Assembly (NCBI GenBank): GCA_043798935.1
Contig: JAZDOC010000022.1
Coordinates: 15,299-79,298 of the forward strand
Direction: 5' to 3'
Length of the DNA: 64,000 nucleotides
Source of the DNA: Patescibacteria group bacterium
GTDB lineage: Bacteria; Patescibacteriota; Patescibacteriia; UBA9570; JAHJKD01
The position numbers and the translations under genes are program-made. Position 1 is the first letter of the stretch. Each line of letters opens with the position of its first letter. Positions 18,202 to 25,523 of the stretch are shown piece after piece. Below the pieces are notes generated by a model. It made no database searches and had not been told where the DNA came from. It saw only the letters and a program-made list of their open reading frames with translations.

Positions 18202-18464
18202 ATTTATTCGAATACTATTAACTGGCAAAATATTTAGCGAAATTATTAGATATATTAAATACTAACCCTGTTTTTACTGAATATAAGTGAAGAAATAATA
18301 ATTATTAATAATAAAGTAGTGATAAATATAGAAATATTAAAGTAATTTTGAGTTCCGCTTTTCCCTAAGTCATATTAGGGAAAAAAATGAGCTCACAATC
18401 CGTACAACCCGAATTTTGCACGTGAGTTCTGTAGTGCAAAATTCTTTCAGAAGGAGAAAGGACC

Positions 18465-20060
18465 ATGATCAATCAAATGATCGGGTCGATGTCGTGCCTT
18501 CTCATGCTCATGATGAGCACGGGAGTGAAGGCAACGTGCGACGACGGAGCACACGCCTACATGGACGAGTTCGATGGCGTCGTGGCGTACTCCAATGGCG
18601 GATATACCGGCACTGGCTATGGTGATTGTCAGTGCGTTGAGTACATCAAGCGTTTCTACGGAACCGGCTCAGTCGGCAACGGGAACGTGGCATGTACCAA
18701 CCTCGCAAGCCTCTACGGCTTCAACTACTACAGCAACGGCGGCACCACACAGCCTCGAGTCGGTGATGTTCTGTGCTTCAGCTACGGCGCATACGGGCAC
18801 GTGGCCATCATCGATGAAGTGAACAGCAGCTCCGTGGAGATCATCGATCAGAATCGGAGCTCGAGCGACGCCACGCTGGATCTCAGCCTGGCAGTCTCAG
18901 GTGGTCGGTACACGATCGGCAACTTCGGAAGTAGTGCCGTTTATGTGGCGACTGGTTGGGCGCGGGATCCGAGCTACACCCCGCCTTCGACCTGCACCGA
19001 CCACACCTACGACGTGATCGCGGTGGAAGCGAGCGCGGACGGAAGCAGCTACGACTGGGTGAGCTTCTTCCTGCGCGACGATGATACCCTGCAGTCCTAC
19101 GGAACGGTGGCCTCGAATGTGGGCAACACCAGTGGCAACGTGGCCCTGCTCGTCGGCAACATCGACAGCAATTCCTACGACGAGATCGTGGAGGTACGCA
19201 CCAGTGGCAGCAGGACCTACCTGTACGTGTACCAGCCCACCGGCGACGGCGGGTTCGGCTCACGGACATTGTGGCGCACCGAGACCGGATTCGCGGCCGA
19301 GGAAGCGTTCCTGGCCGACACCAACAATGATGGCAAGGCCGATGTGATCCTGGGCAACGAACAGGCCGACTCCGAGAGCGACCACGACATGCAGTGGTAC
19401 AAGTACACGAGCACGGGTTCGTCCTTCAGCTCGTGTAGCAACTGGACCACTGACAACTCCGACGACTCGTTCGGGCAGAACGGCGATGTGTTCGCGATCG
19501 GCGACTTCAACTACAACGGCAAGGCCGAGATCCTGCGCGGTCGCGATGACTACAGCGGGTGCCCGAGCAATCTGGCGTGGTACTGGCTCCAGGCCGATGG
19601 CGACATCTATTCGCCGCACACCTGCTGGGGCTACATGGACAACCAGTTCCTGGTCGGCAACGTGGATACGGACAGCCACGACGAGATCGCGGAAGTGCGG
19701 AGCGCCCACGGCTACTCGGGCTCCACGGTTCCTACGTACTCGTGCGACCTGAACAGCTCCACCGGCGCCCTCACCAGCACCAAGCGCGCTAACGACAGCG
19801 GCGGCACGAGCGGCTGGTACTACATGTACGACGTCAACGAAGACGGCTACGATGACCTGATTCGCTGGAATGCGATGACCGTGACCGATGCTGGCGACGT
19901 GGTGTGGTTGTGCAACAACACGGGAGGCAATTGCTACCACAGCGTCACGCGCACGTTCATGGAGCAGACCTACGAGCAGACCATGGTGACCGGCATCTCG
20001 CAGGGCAGTGGCGACTACCTGCTCTGGGGCTACTTCGGCCAGCACACGGTGTGCGAGTAG
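18465..20060 (+). CDS. Secreted CHAP-domain (Cys/His amidase) protein with C-terminal FG-GAP/VCBS repeats; anomalously GC-rich
   Basis: Signal peptide; QCVEYIKRFY, GHVAII, IIDQN; five Ca-loop repeats (GNIDSNSYDE, ADTNNDGKAD, GDFNYNGKAE, GNVDTDSHDE, YDVNEDGYDD); AAGGAG/AAGGA SD; 35/60 GC in two sampled lines. Confidence 0.85.
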   Translation: MINQMIGSMSCLLMLMMSTGVKATCDDGAHAYMDEFDGVVAYSNGGYTGTGYGDCQCVEYIKRFYGTGSVGNGNVACTNLASLYGFNYYSNGGTTQPRVGDVLCFSYGAYGHVAIIDEVNSSSVEIIDQNRSSSDATLDLSLAVSGGRYTIGNFGSSAVYVATGWARDPSYTPPSTCTDHTYDVIAVEASADGSSYDWVSFFLRDDDTLQSYGTVASNVGNTSGNVALLVGNIDSNSYDEIVEVRTSGSRTYLYVYQPTGDGGFGSRTLWRTETGFAAEEAFLADTNNDGKADVILGNEQADSESDHDMQWYKYTSTGSSFSSCSNWTTDNSDDSFGQNGDVFAIGDFNYNGKAEILRGRDDYSGCPSNLAWYWLQADGDIYSPHTCWGYMDNQFLVGNVDTDSHDEIAEVRSAHGYSGSTVPTYSCDLNSSTGALTSTKRANDSGGTSGWYYMYDVNEDGYDDLIRWNAMTVTDAGDVVWLCNNTGGNCYHSVTRTFMEQTYEQTMVTGISQGSGDYLLWGYFGQHTVCE

Positions 20061-20348
20061 ACGCATCACGGTACTAGCGCGCGACTAGTTTCAAACGGCG
20101 AGTAGGCGAAACGGCCAAAGCTCGCAAAGGTTCGATAGTTCTTTTTTATACGAAGGAGTTTGAGTAGGGAATTCACTTCTTCGTCGCGAGGGCGCTCGCC
20201 TAGCAGTTAAAGTTTCATGCTAAGTCCGTATGGATTTTTCAAAAAAACTTACACTGCTAGGCGGGCCACGATTCTTTAAAAAAGTTTATGTTTAATATAA
20301 ATATATTAAACATTTTTTGCATTATTAAGCTGACATTAATAATTAATT

Positions 20349-20463
20349 GGTTTATATAATTGAATGTTTAGCCCACTGGCATAAAGCCAGGGGCTAAACT
20401 ATATATAATAACAAATAAAAAGCCCCGCCCTTTATGGGCGTGGGCTTTTTATTAAATATTTAT
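20349..20463 (-). repeat. Family A repeat, copy 4 (inverted)
   Basis: agcccactggcataaagccaggggct ... agccccgccctttatgggcgtgggct. Confidence 0.9.
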
Positions 20464-20481
20464 CATTTACAGCCCGCGTTA

Positions 20482-20581
20482 GCCCTCGTCGGGAGACTCG
20501 GGTTCTTTGATTAATTTCAACCAAGAGGGCGAGTCTCTCCGGCCTCGCTGAGGCAAAGCCGAGAGCGGGCCTGACGAGCCC
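20482..20581. repeat. Inverted pair of family D REP-like palindromes, the second carrying a nested ~33-bp GC-rich insert
   Basis: gccc-tcgtcgggagactc-gggt ... gggc-gagtct-[ctccggcctcgctgaggcaaagccgagagcggg]-cctgacga-gccc. Confidence 0.7.
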
Positions 20582-20609
20582 GATAAAAACCCACGCGCTA
20601 TTCATGTTT

Positions 20610-20772
20610 TGTAGAGACGTAGCATGGATATCCTGTAGAGACGCGGCGGAAAATTTGTATAGAGACGCGATACGGATATCCTGTAGAGACGCGCCATGGC
20701 GCGTCTCTACATTACATATTACACATAAAATCAGGCATTTTATAGACGGCGCAACATGTTTAGCGCCGTCTC
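20610..20772. repeat. Tandem 24-bp-period array of family B half-sites ending in a full REP, then an agacggcgc palindrome
   Basis: Units start t(g/a)tagagacg at 20610, 20634, 20658 and 20682; agacggcgc-aacatgttta-gcgccgtct at ~20744-20771, half-site also at ~16151. Confidence 0.8.
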
Positions 20773-20889
20773 TTGATATATTTGTCCACATGCCAATAGG
20801 CCATTTTTAATGCTAACAATAGCCAATTTCACGAATGGAGCCGTCGCAAAAACCCTATTGACGTTTTATATACATTGTTGTTAGTTTGT

Positions 20890-21120
20890 AGTAGAGAGTT
20901 TCAACGCCTCTCTCTTTCTTCCCTCCAATTGCAATTCATCTAAATGGACTGGCAATTGACGGGAAATAAAAACAGCGTAAAATATAGTGCATCTTGCCCT
21001 AAGAATCGATTAGGAGGGTAAATGAAAACTTATAAGACAGCAACATAGGGAATTGTTGTCTGACAAATCTCTATTGTAATGAAGCCTGTTTTCCACTACT
21101 ATTTTACGCTGATTTTTATT
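20890..21120 (+). ncRNA. Putative structured RNA / 5' leader of unknown family
   Basis: Multiple stems including a ~25-bp long-range helix 20965-20989/21094-21120; upstream TTGACG at 20858. Confidence 0.5.
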
Positions 21121-21127
21121 CTAAAAA

Positions 21128-21316
21128 ATGTTAGAAACTATTATGAATATTTTAGAAGAATTATTTGAAAGATGGGGGTTTATCAGTTTATTTTTTGCTT
21201 TTTTGGTATTAATTAATCATGAATATAAAATTATTAGAACTGGTTATATGACCAGTTTTTTGTTTTATGAAGAAGCTGTGGCTAGGGTAAAAAGAGAGTA
21301 TCAAAAAACGATTTAA
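21128..21316 (+). CDS. Small hypothetical protein (62 aa) with one hydrophobic segment
   Basis: ATG start right after the structured leader; WGFISLFFAFLVLI. Confidence 0.45.
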   Translation: MLETIMNILEELFERWGFISLFFAFLVLINHEYKIIRTGYMTSFLFYEEAVARVKREYQKTI

Positions 21317-21515
21317 ATATAACTTATCCACATCGAGATAAATTATTTTTTCTGAAATTGACAAAAAGGTGATACAATGTTCATGTATTTATTTGATTGG
21401 TATAAAAAAATAGCAATAATTTATATAAATATTAATTAATCAGAATTTTATTATTGTCAACTAATAAAATTTTATTAATGAAATATTTGTTAATTAATTT
21501 TTTGTCTAAACATTA

Positions 21516-22964
21516 ATGAAAAATAACAAAAATAAAATTAAAATTTTAATTTTTGGCGCTAGTGGTTTAGTTGGTAGCAGTGTTTTAAGAGAACTATTAC
21601 AAAGAGGCTATAAAAAAATAGCATTAGCGTACTTTGAAGATAAAAAATTAAGTGTTAACAGACTAAGAATAATTGAAAAAGAATATAGTGTTTGTTTAAA
21701 GAAATATGAAAAAAATGTATTTGTACAAAAAAATTTAAGCAATGACTCTTTTCAGAATATATTTTCTTCAATCAATAAGACAAAAAGTCTAGAGAGATAT
21801 ATAAAAAATAAAAAATTAAGCAAAGAAAGTTCAGTATTATTTGATATAATCAATGATTTTAAACCAACTTTTATAATTGATTGTATTAATACTGCCACTA
21901 TTTGTTCTTACATTAATAACAATGGAAAAAACGATAAAACAAGTTTAGGTTTATTTTTATTATTGAAATATTTTCAAAATTTAAATAATGTTTTTAAAAG
22001 AAATTTTGCCTCAAAAGATTTTCATGAAATTCAAAAATATATAAAAATTGGTACAACTGGCATTGGTGGCATGGGCTTAAATATGCCTTTTACACACGGA
22101 GAAGACAAGCCATCGATGTCTCTTTTAAAAAAGGTTGCGTTTGCTGGTGCTCAAACGAATATATTATTAGCTATGCGAAGAAACAATTATATAAAAATAA
22201 AAGAAATTATACCCTCAACAGCAATTTTTTCTAAAGAATTATTGATCTCTCAGAATGATAGAATTATGAAATATCAGAAATCATTAAAGATAAATAACAA
22301 AAATACGCATTTTGGTTTCGATGGCGGTGAAAGTGGTTTATATTCAGTTGAAGAATTTTCATTGTTATCTAATAAAGCCCAAATGGGTTTTATTGAAGTA
22401 ATGTTTTTAGCGAAAATTATTGCGGATGAATTATTTAAAGATAAACAGGATGCTCTGCTAGGCCTTGATAAATATTGTATTAAAAATCATCGTAACTCAT
22501 ATAAATTGCGGAAAAAAATGATAAATGATGCAAAACAAATTATGGCGCTTCATAATATTCAATGTGTAGCACACGGTAATTTAGGCCCATATATAATAAG
22601 GCGGATTCTTTTTGAGGCTACAATTTTTACAAAATATCTAACAAAAAACAGATTTATTTTTTTTAAATCTAATAATAAAGTAATGGCAATTGAAATTAAC
22701 AAAGATTTAATGAAAGATAGAACATTAGTTGATGAAATAAATTTTTCAGGTTTAAAATTTATAAAATATAATTATAAAAAAAATCAGAAATCAATAAAAA
22801 AAGATTCTTTATTGATTTATATTGATGAAAAAAAATGCAGACATTGGAAAACACATTTCTCTTTACTTGGTTTACAGAAAAAAAATGCTATAATACCAAC
22901 AATTAGTGAGCTTGTCTCTAATTTAATCATTTTCTACAATAATGATTTACAAAAATTTAGTTAA
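21516..22964 (+). CDS. NAD(P)-binding Rossmann-fold oxidoreductase, atypical SDR-like
   Basis: ILIFGASGLVG dinucleotide-binding motif, IIDCINTA, KIGTTGIGGMGLNMPFTHGE block. Confidence 0.65.
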   Translation: MKNNKNKIKILIFGASGLVGSSVLRELLQRGYKKIALAYFEDKKLSVNRLRIIEKEYSVCLKKYEKNVFVQKNLSNDSFQNIFSSINKTKSLERYIKNKKLSKESSVLFDIINDFKPTFIIDCINTATICSYINNNGKNDKTSLGLFLLLKYFQNLNNVFKRNFASKDFHEIQKYIKIGTTGIGGMGLNMPFTHGEDKPSMSLLKKVAFAGAQTNILLAMRRNNYIKIKEIIPSTAIFSKELLISQNDRIMKYQKSLKINNKNTHFGFDGGESGLYSVEEFSLLSNKAQMGFIEVMFLAKIIADELFKDKQDALLGLDKYCIKNHRNSYKLRKKMINDAKQIMALHNIQCVAHGNLGPYIIRRILFEATIFTKYLTKNRFIFFKSNNKVMAIEINKDLMKDRTLVDEINFSGLKFIKYNYKKNQKSIKKDSLLIYIDEKKCRHWKTHFSLLGLQKKNAIIPTISELVSNLIIFYNNDLQKFS

Positions 22965-24495
22965 TTCTTTTTTCCCAGCACCATATCCCGTTAAATCAAC
23001 GGCTGAACTTGAACAACTCTTTTTAGACTTTTCAGTCGAGGATTTTTTTAATTTCCTGAAAAATGTTGATATTGGGCTTATTAACGAAATTTCAAATCAG
23101 CGTGTGCTTGAGCTTTTTAACTTAGCAGCGCACCATGTTCCAGCATATAAGGATTTTCTAAAAAAAAATAATATTAATTCTAATGATATTAAGGATATAA
23201 ATGATTTTTCACTTGTTCCAATTATGGACAAGTCTAATTATTTGAATAAGTATTCTATTGAAGAGCTTTCATGGGATGGAAAATTAAATGGGCATAGCAT
23301 GCTATCAGTAAGTTCTGGAACATCCGGTAAGCCATATTATTGGCCCAGGAGTATATATTTAGAATATGAAACGGCAATTACACACGAGATTTTTTGCAAC
23401 ATGTTTTTTGACATTAAAAATAAAAAAACATTGGTAATAGTTGCATATGCAATGGGAATGTATGTTGCTGGAACATTTACATTAAATTCTTTTAGTAAAC
23501 TAGCAAAAAAAGGATATAAAATTTCAGTTGTTTCACCAGGCTTAGATGAAACTGAAGTTCTTCGAATAGCGGAAGATTTATATCAAGATTATGACCAAAT
23601 AATTTTAGCAGGCTATCCGCCATTTGTTAAAGATATTCTTGATTATGGTATTGCTAATAATATTTCATTAGACAAATATAATTTAAAATTTATTTTTGGT
23701 GCAGAAAATTTTAGTGAGGAATGGCGATCATATGTATTGAATTTAGCTGGTCATAAATCGTTATTTAAAATCCCGTATTATTCAATGAACACATACGGGT
23801 CAGCCGATTGTGCTATTTTGGGTCACGAAACACCATTTTCTATTAAATATCGCCGATTCATAAAATCACAAAACATGGAACGCATTGCCTTTAATTGTGA
23901 ACACATGCCAACGTTGGTTCAATTTAATCCATTTGTTAAATATTTTGAATTAGTTAATCAAAAGTTAATTTTTAGTGCTAATGGCGGCATCCCTCTTATA
24001 AGGTATAATATTAATGACTTAGGAAATATAGTTTCTCACAAAGAGTTATGCAACAAGCTCAAAATAAATTTTATTGATTCGGATTTTTCGTCGGAAAATA
24101 AATTTAATAAATTTCCATTTCTTTATTTATACGGTAGAGCAGGGAATACAGTTACAATATATGGAGTAAATATTTACTATGAAAATATTAAGATGGCTCT
24201 AGAAAATCAGCAAATAATTCATATTGTATCAGGGAAATTTTCATTAAAGACTACTGTAGATAAAGGATATAATCAATCTTTAGAAATTGATATTGAGTTG
24301 TCCACTAAAAAAGATGCTTCAAATAACGAAAAAGGATTAATTAGTACTATTATTCAGCACACTCTAGAACAAAATAATCTAGAGTATAAAAAATTAAAAT
24401 TAAAAATTGGCAGCAAAGCAATTCCAAAGATAAATTTTTATTTAAGAAATCATTTTAAACAAATTAAAAGTAAACATAAATGGATAGAAAATTGA
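22942..24495 (+). CDS. Phenylacetate-CoA ligase (PaaK)/coenzyme F390 synthetase-like adenylate-forming enzyme
   Basis: VPAYKDFL, SSGTSGKP P-loop, GYPPF, GAENFSE, YGSAD, PLIRYNINDLG, GR. Confidence 0.85.
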   Translation: MIYKNLVNSFFPAPYPVKSTAELEQLFLDFSVEDFFNFLKNVDIGLINEISNQRVLELFNLAAHHVPAYKDFLKKNNINSNDIKDINDFSLVPIMDKSNYLNKYSIEELSWDGKLNGHSMLSVSSGTSGKPYYWPRSIYLEYETAITHEIFCNMFFDIKNKKTLVIVAYAMGMYVAGTFTLNSFSKLAKKGYKISVVSPGLDETEVLRIAEDLYQDYDQIILAGYPPFVKDILDYGIANNISLDKYNLKFIFGAENFSEEWRSYVLNLAGHKSLFKIPYYSMNTYGSADCAILGHETPFSIKYRRFIKSQNMERIAFNCEHMPTLVQFNPFVKYFELVNQKLIFSANGGIPLIRYNINDLGNIVSHKELCNKLKINFIDSDFSSENKFNKFPFLYLYGRAGNTVTIYGVNIYYENIKMALENQQIIHIVSGKFSLKTTVDKGYNQSLEIDIELSTKKDASNNEKGLISTIIQHTLEQNNLEYKKLKLKIGSKAIPKINFYLRNHFKQIKSKHKWIEN

Positions 24496-25523
24496 AGGAA
24501 TATAGAATATTAAATTATAATCATGATCGCTCCTCGCTTGATGTACTATTTAATAATGGAGCTCAAGTTATTGATTTTTTCAACGAACAATTATCTGAAT
24601 TAAATAATATTCAATTACAAGTTGATCAAAATAATAGTTATAAAACAAGAAATTGTTCCAATTTAAAAAAAGAAGGTAATTGGGTTTGGTATCCATGGTT
24701 AAATTCTCTTGTGCATGTTCTTAAAGAAAGTGATTTTTTTGAAGTAAAAACTGCAAGGAACAAACTATTAATTAATAAAAATGAACAGTTAAATTTTTAT
24801 AACTACAAAATAGGAATAGCAGGTTTATCAGTTGGGAATAGCATTGCAACAACTATTAAGCTCCAGGGAGGTGCAAAAAAAATTAAAATAGCTGATCATG
24901 ATACATTATCTTTATCAAATACAAATCGAATAAAGGCAGGCATTAATAATTTAGGTTTAAAGAAGACTGAAATAACAAGACGTCAGATTTTAGAGATTGA
25001 CCCATATTCAGATATTTCAGTATATTCAGATGGAATAAATTTAAATAATGTTACCGATTTTATTAATGATATAGATTTAATTATTGATGAGGTTGATGAT
25101 TTTAAAATAAAAATTTTGTTAAGAGAACAGGCGAGAATAAAAAAAATTCCCTTGTTAATGATTACAGACAATGATGACGGTGCATTAATTGATTATTATC
25201 CATATAATTATATTGATAAAGTTCCATTGTTTTATAACATTGCCGACACTATTCTATACAATTTTTTAAAAAAAGAAACAATTACAAAACAAGAAATGGT
25301 GCAATTAAGTTCAGAAATAGTTGGTAAATCAAATATTTCAAAAAGAATGAATACCTCGTTACAATTAATAGGCAAAGAGCTTTATTCATGGCCTCAGCTT
25401 GGAACGGCCGCCACTTTTTCCGGAGTTATTGGTTGTTATATGGTAAGAATGCTTGCAAACGGTCAACAATTTAATTTTAATCGCAAATTAATTAGCATTA
25501 ATAATTTATTAGAATGTTATTAA
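24480..25523 (+). CDS. ThiF/MoeB-family adenylyltransferase, Rv1355c(MoeY)-like, without nitroreductase domain
   Basis: WVWYPW, TARNKLLI, GIAGLSVG, ADHDTLSLSNTNRI, IDEVDD, SWPQLG. Confidence 0.85.
   Translation: MDRKLKEYRILNYNHDRSSLDVLFNNGAQVIDFFNEQLSELNNIQLQVDQNNSYKTRNCSNLKKEGNWVWYPWLNSLVHVLKESDFFEVKTARNKLLINKNEQLNFYNYKIGIAGLSVGNSIATTIKLQGGAKKIKIADHDTLSLSNTNRIKAGINNLGLKKTEITRRQILEIDPYSDISVYSDGINLNNVTDFINDIDLIIDEVDDFKIKILLREQARIKKIPLLMITDNDDGALIDYYPYNYIDKVPLFYNIADTILYNFLKKETITKQEMVQLSSEIVGKSNISKRMNTSLQLIGKELYSWPQLGTAATFSGVIGCYMVRMLANGQQFNFNRKLISINNLLECY

Noticed and set aside
18416-20069. Many overlapping ORFs on both strands (e.g. 19260-20069 minus)
   Set aside because: Shadow ORFs caused by high GC; only 18465-20060 has an SD, signal peptide and domain motifs.
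20610-20711. 24-bp periodic array as a CRISPR
   Set aside because: Constant part only ~10 nt, variable part ~13 nt and partly repeated, four units, no cas genes; it derives from the GTAG REP.
20432-20810. ORFs 20432-20791 (-) and 20604-20810 (+)
   Set aside because: Translations of REP palindromes (VETRHGASLQ / CRDAPWRVST).
22942-25523. Phenylacetate catabolism, Moco/thiamine synthesis or microcin C cluster
   Set aside because: No paa genes, no ThiS/MoaD carrier, no exporter or immunity gene, no Asn-terminated precursor seen.
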